This document shows, one piece after another, positions 23,001 through 35,000 of a DNA stretch of 64,000 nucleotides. The notes beneath the pieces are model-generated. The model did not search any database, was not told the origin of the DNA, and was given only the letters and a program-made list of their open reading frames with translations. Origin of the DNA: Podarcis liolepis. Lineage: Eukaryota. Numbering within the stretch: the first letter of the stretch is position 1; every line of letters begins with the position of its first letter. The position numbers were made by a program, and so were the translations under genes. The stretch lies in NCBI GenBank assembly GCA_965112155.1, contig OZ218103.1, one strand, 5' to 3'.

Positions 23001-26000
23001 TTTCACTATATGTGACTTTGGCTTTCGGCTGTCTCCCTGGAACATAACACAACATAAGTTGTGGGCTTACTGTGTGGCCAAAGACCTGTGCACGCGCGCA
23101 CACACACACGCGCGCGCATACACACTGATTCCCCCTTTGAAACTGAACAATTTTACTGGCATTGTACTCATTCCTTATGTTACTAATTGATTTTATGAAA
23201 CAATGCATTTTTTAAAATGGATCTTTTTTTTCTGCAGAAAAATACTTAACTTGTTCACTGAATTTATTTCCTCCCCAAGGAGCCCCAGGGCTGCAGATAG
23301 ACATACAATTTGAAAGCAAAGCAAAAACATTCTAAAGCAGTTTAAATATTCTAAAAAACAGTAACAAAAAACATCTAAAAGTTTTGGTTAAAAACGTTTG
23401 GTTAAAAAGCAGTTACAGTTAGAACATTCTTAAAGTAATTGCTTTACAGTTAAAAGCGTTCTTCCATCCAGTGATCACAGCGTTGCTGGGAATGATTTTG
23501 CCATCAAACGATGCTTCCCAATTTCCCCAATGACTGTAGTGTGGTGTTTTGGCTCAGAGTGCTGGGTTTGTTATGGTGATGTGAATACCAGTGTAATGTG
23601 TATGGGTTGCTCGTGCATAAGTTGCCGCCTCTCCAGGCTTTGTTGCCTTGCTAAACCTTTCAGTCTGGGCAGCCCTTCACTTCGTGGCTGCCTCAGTCGC
23701 TAGCAGAATCCGTCAGTGGGCGTTTCTTAAATCTTTTCCAACATAAAAGTTGTTTGACACCCAGTCTCCTCCTACTCTCTCTGCACGGAAGTCTTCTGCG
23801 CAGGGTGGGCGTGGGTAGTGGAGGACCCGTGCTCTCCCCGCTGGTGTCCGGTGAAGAGTCCTGGAGCCCTCTCGCCGATTCCCCCATCAGCCCCTCTATA
23901 TACCTGGTGTTGCGCTGATTTGCTTCCCCATCTGCGGAGCTGCCTCTCTCCCTGCTGGGCCCTTCTCCAGCATCATTTGAGAGCCTTCCCTCCGCCTCTA
24001 GCTCCGATGCCAGTTCCCTGACAACCAGGTTCAGGTCCCTGCTCAGCCACAACGTTCTCTCGTTGGGCAGGAGTGCATGCTGTGTTGACTTTATGAGATT
24101 ACGGCACGGCTAATGTTCTGACCTCCTTGGCAAGATACAAATAAGAAGCAGCTTTCCTGTTTGTCCCCATGGGAAGTGTTTGGGAGGTGTTTTGTGATGG
24201 TTTTCCCCCTTGCGTTCTGAGAAGGGCATATTTGCATGGACTCCTATGGCTTTTTACAGGACAACTGATAACCCAGTGGTCCTTTCCAAACATTTCATAA
24301 TCTTACGATAAGGCAGGTGCCATTTGAGAAATCCAAAGTGATGCAAGACTCAGCAGAGGCAAATAGGTTTGCTTAATCACTTCCTAGCTGCTTACTATGC
24401 CAGATACGCTTCAGGCTGGTAGCTCTGTGAAAGTCGGCGAATCAGAGAACTTAAGAGCGTTGCAACGCTAAAGATGATGCCAGGTGTGCCGCTGCTTAGG
24501 GGAAATCATCCGATGCAGAATGCAAACACTCCTGGTTTGGGTTTTCTAAAACAACTCGTTGACACGGCTCTCTCTGCAGGGTTTTAGACATCCATGTGCA
24601 AGTTGCGACAGGTGCAGGGAAGAGCATCTCATGCCCTCTGTTTGGCTGTGCTTGCGGTCACAAAGGCTTGTCTGCACACGCATAAGGGAAGTGGAAGGGA
24701 AAATATTCAGGAGCGCTCACAGACGGATGTGTGCGCATGCATGCACATACCCAAAGAGAGAATGGGCGAGAGGATTAGAATTTGTGTGGGAGCATGAGAG
24801 AGATCGAGATTGTGTATGCGTGTTTGGTGTATGTTTGTGGGGGGCAGCGACCACAGAGTTAGCCTGCAGCAAGGAGATTCTCCCACAGTCCGTCAACGGT
24901 GTGCTTCCTGCATGCAGTAGATATTTACCAACAAAGGTCTCAAGCGCTGATTGCACACAGGAGAATTTATGACTTGCCGCTACAACAGTTTGAGCTGCTT
25001 TGAGAAAAAGAGGCTGGAAAGGCTCCCTAAATGGTGGCAAAGGGGAAATTAGCAAATATGAGCTAGATATCAGACGTTGGAAGGAATTTTGTCAGACATT
25101 GGAATTGCTATTAGAATTAGGAGTATGTCTTTTTCCATTTGTTAAGTACTCGCCGTAATGCTGAGTTCCATAATAGCTGCATAACTTGTAATGGTAATGA
25201 CAAGAAAATTAAAAACAAAGCTATCAGAGATGATAAAATTATGAGAATTGCAGAGCTGGGACCCCCCAAGGTCATCTAGTTCCACCCCCTGCAATGCAGG
25301 AATCTTTTTGCCCAATGAAGGGAATGGACTCACAGAAAGAGTTACAGGAGCAAGTGATGTTGCTGGATGTCAGGCGTAGTTGAATACATATATGAAACAG
25401 AAGCCTGCACAATTTTGTAAGGAGGACATGTTGTGCATAGAGAAGAAGAGAAGTATTTGGTCTCTGTCCTGCCATCTTTCTGGGCCTGATGGGATTGCAG
25501 TCCAGCAACATCTGGAGGACCAGAGGTTCCCCAGTCCTTCTCTCAGCCCCTCCACCTTTCCTGCTGCACTCCTATCCTTACCACCACCAACCTTTTCATT
25601 TTCCTCTCTCATCCCTACCCTTGCCCTAAATCTCCAGCACCTTCCCACCCTGCTAGGTTTCCTCATTCCAGCATGTCTCTTCATCTTCCTCAGTACCAGC
25701 CAGACTGGCTTCTGATTCCTACAGGGAAGGAAGGCTCTGTTTGTGCTTCCGAATGAATATGGAACAAGGTTGGATGGGCAGGTCACCACACAAGGCAGGG
25801 CCTTCTCAGTGGTGACACCCCAGTTCTGTTGAGATCAATTTGAGCCGCACTCACGGCTCCTCCAGTTCACCTGTTAAGCATTCATCCTGATTTGCTTGCA
25901 CAAGGTTTACACAGAGTTTAGATTGTATCCAGTCTTTATTGAGCGTTCGTCCTGATCTGTTTGAGCCACCATCTGCATGTTAATCCTCTGTTGACCTACT

Positions 26001-29000
26001 TTTCGGTGCATTTCCCGGTCACTTTTGAAACCAGTTTCTTTTTAAAAGTGGATTTGTTGCTCCAGGGCACTAATTGTATAAATCTGAATTTCCAGATGCT
26101 CTCTCATTGATGGGGAGGAGCTGCAGGGAGAAGAGGAAATTACACAAATGGCCTCTCTCCACATTCCATTAGATGATTTTGGACTCCACCTCCCCCTAGC
26201 CCCAGCCAACATGGCCACTGCTCAGGGTGATGGGAGTTGTAGTCCAGCAACATCTGAAGGCCCACAGATCCCCCATTCCTGTTATATGCTCTGTATACTT
26301 TTAGGAGAAGAGTAGGATGATGTCGATGATATTTCTTGCATGACTTGCACCGTTCTTCCCGTGTCGTCTTTTGTGCAGGCTTTGAGACTGCCGCATGTGG
26401 ATTATATAGAAGAAGACTCCTATGTGTTTGCTCAGAGCATTCCCTGGAACCTGGGCCGGATTGTCCCTGTGCAAGACGGATCTACTGAATATAATCCTCC
26501 CAGTAGGTGATATTCCCATTCAACCATGTGTGCATGAGATGCCAAATATCTATGGAGTCAACAACAAAATCCTATGCAGAGGGATGGCACTACCTATCAC
26601 TGATTGCTTGGTCTGCCACTATGTGGTTCACATCGGACTGCATTCCATGGGCGTGGGGCCACCACCAATAAGGCCCTGTTTCACATGCTTGCTGCCCTTA
26701 CAGCCCTATTTGGGCCTGAGACCGTCACATGACAATAGCGAGACCAGCTCCGGATCCAGTGGATCTCAGGCTGGCTTAGTCCTGCCCCTCTTTTCCCCAG
26801 GAGAACTCCATCTGGGGGCTTTCTGCTGGCGAAGACTTGCCAGCTTGCCTCTCATCCCCATGCTTGGCAGCTGATGCAGGGCTGGGCTGAGCCAGTGGAG
26901 ATAAGCAGAGGAACAGCCTTGCTGAATCCACCCACCCAACCCGGCTTGGTGTGAGGGTTGCTTTGAATTGCTCTGCATGTATTCTTTTTGCAACATAGTT
27001 TTTATTCATTTCCTTCTCTAAACATGATTGCATTGGGATACATCTTTGTTTACTTTAGAGCATATGACATGCAACAATTACATGAAATTTAAAATGGAAA
27101 TAAAACAACCATAAGTACTCAGGTAAACGTTTCTGAATCTATTAACAAAGTTGTGTCAAAATGGAGACCTTCAGGTGACAAGCAACTAGTAAGTTTAATA
27201 AATGAATGAAATAAGTGTTTGTGCCAAAATGATTACAATTGTTGCAGATATGAAATTTTATATATAGTAAATTGCATTGATTGCTTTGATGGGTAAAAGG
27301 TATTTTGTATCAGTAACAATTAGAATTTATAGGAAGGGAGGAGGAAGCGGGGAAGGGGGAGAAATTAAAACATGTACTTCATTATACACATGTTTCTGAT
27401 TAAAACATAAATTTAACAATAAGCAGAGTGGATTTTCTGAATATCACTTTTTGTTTTCTGCTAAAACCACTAGATGGTTAAATGCTGAGACCTCAAATAA
27501 TTACTGGATAGGCTACTTCACTTTTTAAATAGCGAAGTAGACTGACTCACCCCCACCCCAATTTCCGCTTTCCGAAGATTGCAAATCTGGCCTTAACGAC
27601 ACAGAAACAGAGCAGCCAACTCACTTGTATTGCCTTTGATCACCAGAATAGAAGGGATAATCGTGTTAAGTCCAATCTTCCATTTCCTTGCCTGCCTGCT
27701 CCGTACAAGACAAAATTGGAGCAGCTCCCTTTATAAATTGCTTGCACAAGATAAACCTCATTGTATATTGGCATGCTGGGATGCTGCGTTGAGAGCAATG
27801 CCTTCACTGCCTCTTGGCGTCACTGACTGACTCTCTCCTCTTTTTAGACAGGGGCGACCTGGTTGAAGTTTATCTGCTGGACACTGGGGTCCAGAGCAAC
27901 CACCGAGAGATCGAGGGCAGAGTGTTCATGACTGAATTTGAGAACGTCCCAGAAGAAGATGGCACTCGCTTCCACCGACAGGTACGCCAGCTCTGCTTCA
28001 TGAGCGATGACGACTTTCTTGCCACCTTCCCCTTTTACCAGTGACGTTGCTAGAACCCTATGTTTATTATGATGGCTCAACCCTGAAACCTTTAGTCCTT
28101 GGAGGAGATTTGTGGGATTAAGCACCAGTTACGGTGTTTCTGTGGGAGCAGCATGTGTAATTCAATCTGTCAGTTTCTTCAGGCTCGCTTTTTCATTATG
28201 TTGAAAAGGGATGCTCGCAACTGTACCGCTGGGAAGTGGGTGAGTTCTTAACAGACACTCACCATGGTGGATGCTGAATGTGCTTCTGTGCATCCCAGTG
28301 AGATGCCATTTGTGGACAGACCTGACTGCAGCCAGATTCCCTCTGACCAAGATGTTGGATCCTAGTCTTCCCATTGGGTCACTTCCTCTCCTCCAGGGCG
28401 GGATGGCCTCTTAAGGTGGTTTCAGATATGTACATTGCATGGAGATTTCCAGACTGAATGGCACAATTGCGGTGGAAATCTGTGCACATGCTCAGTGCCA
28501 TCTTAAGAGGCCTAAAGCCAGTGAGATAAGGTCCAGGGCAGCATTTTTCAAATAAAATTGAACCAAAATTTTCATACCAACTAATTTTTGCGCTGCAGTT
28601 TGACACCTGAGGCTGGGCTTTCATCCTGCCTCTGTGGGTTGAATTGAAGGGAAAGCCCACAGAAGGAGTCTGGTGGAAGCTGACTTTTCAACCCTGATGG
28701 CCTCCACCCCAGAAAAGCCACTCCTTTGGGTTGGGGTACCTTGTTGAATGGGGTGGAATGTGATGATGATGATGATAATATATTATTTATACCCCGCCCA
28801 TCTGGCTAGGTTTCCCCAGCCACTCTGGACGGCTTCCAACAAAGTATTAAAATACAGTGGTCTGTTAAACATTAAAAGCTTTCCTAAACAGGGCTGCCTC
28901 CAGATGTTTTCTAAAAGTCTGGTAGTTATTCTTCTCTTTGACATCTGGTGGGAGGGCGTTCCACAGGGCGGGTGCCACTACCGAGAAGGCCCTCTGCCTG

Positions 29001-32000
29001 GTTCCCTGTAACTTGGCTTCTCGCAGTGAGGGAACAGCCAGAAGGCCCTCGGCGCTGGACCTCAGTGTCCGGGCAGAACGGTGGGGGTGGAGACGCTCCT
29101 TCAGGTGCAGTGGGCTCAGGAGGAAGGAGCCAGTCCTCGCAAATTGAGCAGAAGCACCTTACAGGAGCTACCTCCACCTGACCTCTGAGGATCCTCCCTT
29201 AGCCCTTTACACCAGAGGCTGCTCCATTCAGCAGGGTCCCCTTTCTCTAGGGAGAGGTTTTGGGGGAGGGGGAGGGGCTGTCAAAAGGTGGGCAGAGTGT
29301 GAAAGCCAGCTTCAGCCAGCCCCCTTCTTCAGGCTTCCCCCTTGAGCCAACCCCATGGATTATTCAGTCACAGTGAGGCTTTTGTTCAGGCATTATCAAT
29401 CAACGTTTTTGTGCTTTGCTGAGTTATTGTCGCATCTGAAAGGCCCCATGTGCTCTTGTCATGCTTTAACCGTTTGTGTATGGCAGGGGAGGCCCTGTAA
29501 CATTCATGACTTGCTTTTTAACGCGAGCTGTCATGCCGACAACATGTTCCCTTATTTTGTTGCTGAATTCCTCATAAAAACGTGTTACTGTGTTTGGCGG
29601 CACCACTGGGGTGGTGTTTTCTTGAAGCGGGAAGTGTCAGTTGAGCAAGTAGGCCAGAGGCAGTTCAGCTGCTTTTTATCTGTAATGACAATCACTCCTT
29701 ATGTGAAGGATCAAGGGGCTTCCAGCCTCTCATATTTGCGGCACAACCTGGATCTGCTTAAAGCCCCTAATCTTTTTCTTGACCTCTGCAGCCCCCCCCC
29801 TCGATTTAGCATGTTAGTAATGGGGAGGGAGAGCAGTCAGTTCTTCACAAGATGAGGGGAAAGGGTTCAGTTGTTTTTGTCTAGCGAAGGGGTGAATAAT
29901 GGGGCCGTTGGACAGCATAGAATTTCAAGATAGCTTTGAAAGGATGAAATTATGGCTCCAGTCATGCCTACCCTTTTACATTGGGAGCATCTATTCTTCT
30001 CTCCCTGCGCCTTCCAATAATGGTAGCATTTAATCAATTACTGTCCTGAATTATGTCTTCACGTCACCCCGACATTCTACCATTGCTCTTTTTCCAAATA
30101 CAGTGGTACCTTGGGTTACATACGCTTCAGGTTACAGGCGCTTCAAGTTACAGACTCCGCTAACCCAGAAATAGTACCTCGGGTTAAGAAGTTTGCTTCA
30201 GGATGAGAACAGAAATTGCGCGGTGGCGGTGGGAGGCCCCATTAACTAAGGTGGTACCTCAGGTTAAGAACAGTTTCAGGTTAAGAACAGACCTCCAGAA
30301 CGAATTAAGTTCTTAACCCGAGGTACCACTGTAGTTTTCAGTAAAAATTAATTTAGAATTCTGTAATATAATTCAGTACTTCACATTCTTTGGGTTCCTC
30401 TTTTTCCTCATGTCTGTTGAAGGCAACGGAACCACTTGGTTCTTTAGCCACGCAGAGGCCAAAGGGTGGTTTTAGACCCGAGGACGTGAAGGATTGCCAT
30501 TCATGGTGTGCGCGAGGGGGCAGAAGCAGGTGATAAATGGCGAACTTTATGCTTTGTGGCAGGCCAGCAAGTGTGACAGCCACGGGACCCACATGGCTGG
30601 CGTTGTGAGTGGGAGGGATGCCGGCATCGCCAAAGGAGCCAGCGTGAGCAGCCTCCGAGTGCTCAACTGCCAGGGGAAGGGCACTGTGAGTGGCACTCTG
30701 ATGGGTGAGTAAGCAGCAGCTGTTTGTCAAGGGGGAGCGGAACTCTGGAGTCCAATCTGTCAAATCTCAGCCAGACTTTGGATGTTGCTGATCCACCACT
30801 GCCTGGGGGAGGAGCCTGTTAGGTTGAATGGACTTAGATATTCAGTCCAGTTCTTATGAACTCAGCTCTCGCTTTGTTTGCCCCCCCCCCCGGTCAGGTT
30901 TAAAAACAAAAGGGGGAGAGAGAGAGAATGCGGTCAAAATCTAATTTATATTGAGAGACGGAGCTTATTTTGTGGTTTCATATTTGAGGACCCCAAAGGT
31001 GAAATACTTACGAATTTAGTGGAAGTATGTTGACCTCCACAGCCCACTTTAATGGTTGCATGGACCTGTCAGCTGGACTCTAGCCCAAGAAAGTTTTTGC
31101 CATAACAAATGTTTGTCTTTCAAGTCCCACAAAAGTCTTCTGGGGTTTTTTTGTTTTGTGCTATCAAGGGCTGACCCTTTTGTCCATTGCACTTGCATGG
31201 TTCCTAACTTTAAAACAAACAAGATGTTTTCTTCTCCTTCCTTTTCTGCATAGTAGGACAGATGTGTGTACAAAAATCTCCTTTCCCTCTTTCACATGTG
31301 CTCTACTGGTTTGTCTCCCCAGCTCAGAAACAGGGCAACGCACACACTGTGAAGAGTCGTGCCTTGTGCTCTCTCTTTTGAGCAAGACAGCTCAGCTGCC
31401 CATTTCCCTTTTTTCACATGACAGGATTGGAGTTCATTAAGAAGACCCTGGATATCCAGCCCTACAGCCCTCTGGTTGTCTTGCTTCCCTTGGCTGGTGG
31501 CTACAGCCACATCCTGAACATGGCCTGCCGCCTGATGGTCCGGATGGGGGTGGTGATAATCGCTGCAGCGGGCAACTACAAGGAAGATGCTTGCTTGTAT
31601 TCACCGGCATCAGAACCAGAGGTACGTGAGAGGGTTAGCTTGCTCCCTTGTTCTAGGCCAGTAGTAAAGTAGCCCAGTAATTATTTGTGGTGGCCCAAGG
31701 AAGCTTCCAGATTATCTCATCACGGGCACATCTTTCACATGGTTGTAAACACAGCGCTCTTCCATTGAGACAGTTTGCCGCACGGACCTGCCACTCATCC
31801 ACTGTGCGGTTGCCAAGTACTGACTGGTGCACACACCTGGGCTAGCCTACCTGCCATTTGATGGAATATTAGCACTCCAGGGCAAGGCATGGAAAGATGG
31901 GTGACTGCTGCCACCTGCATCCTCCAAACCAAGGACTGGGCAGCTTACGGATGGAGAAAGATTCAGTTGCTGCCCTAGAACATGCTGCGGATATCTTGGC

Positions 32001-35000
32001 CAAGCCACAGGTTCCTTTCTGCGACTACATTGACTCCAGATATAAAGTGGGGGAGGCTGGCACTTAGCCTTGTGGGTTGTGATTCTCAGAGCAGGGTCTA
32101 TACCACAGCCCACTTATAGAGTTGGCTGAAGAGGAATGTTCAAATTAACTGGGATCTCTAGTGACATTTTGGGGGAAAGATGGTTTGGGGAGGAAAGTAG
32201 CCATTAAAAACACACACGCTAATATTTTCTGGAGTCTCTGGTCACATCCACACCATGCTCTCTCCCTATAGCACTATTATACCACTTGATGATAACAGTC
32301 GTGGAGAATCCTGAAAACTTGTTCAGGTGCTGGGAGTTGTAGCTCTGTGAGGTCAGCCCCCTTCACAAGCCACAGTTCTCAGGATTCTTTGGGGGAAGCC
32401 ACAACTGTTGAAGCAGCGTAGGAATGCTCTAAACCAGAGGTCGGCAATCTAAGGCCCATGAGCTGCCACCGAACCAAGCCACCCACTCGCCAAGTCCCCA
32501 TGCGCTGTGCTAAACCAGAGCAGCGCAGCGTGGGGACTCTTCCACGGCGCTGGAAATCACTTCTGGGCATGCCCAGACGCTGAAAATTGCTTCTGCACAG
32601 GCACGGTTTTCGGCGTCTGGGCATGCGCAGAAGCGATTTCCGGCACCGCGGACATGCACAGACGTGATTTCCGGCGTTGCGCTGCACCAGCCCAGCCCAC
32701 GGAGGATCTCGCGGGAGTGATCCGGCCTATGCCCAGTAAGCCTGGCCACCCCTGCTCTAAACACCTGGGGTCTACAGGACCTCTTCCTGGTGTTTCTGGG
32801 TGTTTTCCCATCAACGTTGCACCCTGTGCTTGTGCTGTTTAAATATACACTAGAGTTTAAAGGTAGGTTTGACAGTGGAACTAATTACTCAGGCCAATTA
32901 GCAGTGGGATGTCTCTTGCAGAGGCCAGACAGTCCACCTGCTGGAGGTTTCCTGCATTTGATGGCTTCTGCCATCTAAGACCCTCTGTGCCTCTAGGAGT
33001 TTGCCTTTCTTCTTTGCTCCACGCCAGCCATGATTAGGTCTCGTGTTGTCATAGGTTATCACGGTGGGGGCCACCAATGTTCAGGACCAGCCTGCTTCCA
33101 TGGGCTCCTTGGGGACCAACTTTGGCCGTTGTGTGGACCTTTTCGCCCCCGGAGACGATATCATTGGTGCCTCCAGCGACTGCACGACTTGCTTCACCTC
33201 GCAGAGCGGGACATCCCAAGCAGCTGCGCACGTGGCAGGTAAAGACCTTACGGCAGAATTTGTGTGACTGCTGCACGGCTCCCAGCAGGGTCGAACTCAC
33301 GGAATCTCTCTGTGTCTCTGGTCACACCCACTCCAAACATTCAAAGCACATGGCTTCTCCCAAGGAGTCCTCTGTAGTTTGTCAAGGATGCTGGGAATTG
33401 TAGCTCTGTGTGAGAAGTGAACCGTGGTTCCTATAATTTTTTTTTGTGGGCGGGGGGAGCTGTGTGCTTTAAATGTGTGTTAAACGTGCTTCAAATGGCC
33501 CGGTGCAGATGTGACCTTTGAATTTGTCGTTTTGAGCCTCCCATTCTCAATGGTGAAAGGCAAATATTTTCTCCCGCCTCATTTTCTATATCTCATCAAG
33601 CAGTCAAAACCCGAACACAGAAGAGTGAATTAATGAAGGTTTTCCTCATAGTGGCCCCCATCACTCAGGACTGCATGCAATTACAGATATGCCTCCACTT
33701 CTGCAGCTTCATGATTCATCGATGGCTGTTTTCCATATAGATATCCCCCCCCCGCCGTCCCACATATTAAGCACATTCATGATGGCAGGAGGAGGATTGC
33801 ACTAGCTAATAACAATAACAATAACAATAATAATAATTTATTTTTTATACCCCACCCTTCTGGCTGGGTTTCCCCAGCCACTCTGGGCGGCTTTCAACAA
33901 AATATTAAAATACAATAGTGCATCAAACATTAAAAGCTTCCCTAAACAGGGCTGCCTTCAGATGTCTTCTAAAAGTCTGGTAGTTGTTTTTCTCTTTGAC
34001 ATCTGGTGGGAGGGCGTTCCACAGGGCGGGTGCCACTCCCAAGAAGGCCCTCTGCCAGTGCCCTGGATGTAAATGCGCCCGCTGGATTCATCCCACATTT
34101 GGCAGTAGTGTGAAAGGGACCCTATGTACATAGGGTTTCTCCATGGGTCTAAGCCTAGTTTCAAGACTAAATCAGCCTTGGTTGACCTGATGGATTACCT
34201 TTATCATGAGATAGTGGGAGGGAAACCTTGTTTCTCATACTCAGTCTCTCAGCTGCCTTTGGAAAGGTTGGCCATGGTCTCCTCCTAGATGGACCGATTG
34301 GGGTGTGTGTGTGTGTTGGAGGCTCTATATTGCAGTGGTTCTGTTCTTACCTGTGTGTTCAAGCCTGGAAAGTAACATCAGGGGAAGTGCTTTTTGGCCT
34401 GGTCCTAATGCTATGGAGCTCAGTAGGGCGCCATTTTGTCCCCAATGCTATTTAACATCAATATGAGGCTGCTGGGAGTGCTCATTAGGGGTTTTGGAGC
34501 ACACTGCCGCCAGTATGTTGACGACCCACAGCTCTGTTTCTTCATAACATCTAAAAATAGGAGGGGCTGTGCAAGACCTGGACTGGCGCCTCAATGCAAT
34601 GGTGGACTTGATGAGGGCCGATGCACTGAATTTGAATCCTGGGAAGACAGGGTGGATAGGTGGTTCCATGTCTGGAAGATAGGGCCGTTGCCTGTTATGG
34701 TTGGGATTGCACTCTAAAGGAGCAGGTACACAGCTTGAGGGTTCTCCCAAGTATGTATTTGTCATTTCAAACCCGTTAGAGCACGGGTTCTGAAACTTAG
34801 GTCTCTGGCTGGTTTTGGACTACAGCTGCCATCATCCCTGGCCGCTGCTCCTACTAGCTAGGGTTGATGGGAGTTGTAGTCCAAAAACAGCCGGAGACCC
34901 AAGTTTCAGAAACCCTGCATTAGAGGATACATCTTTGTGTTATTACAGCCTCTGTAACGAGAGAGGAAAACCGGGATATAAATTTCCTAAATAATAAATA

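Noticed and set aside
30101-30331. Short internal repeats resembling a CRISPR or regulatory array
   Set aside because: Internal repeats of a TA-flanked MITE in a vertebrate genome; no regular repeat-spacer structure
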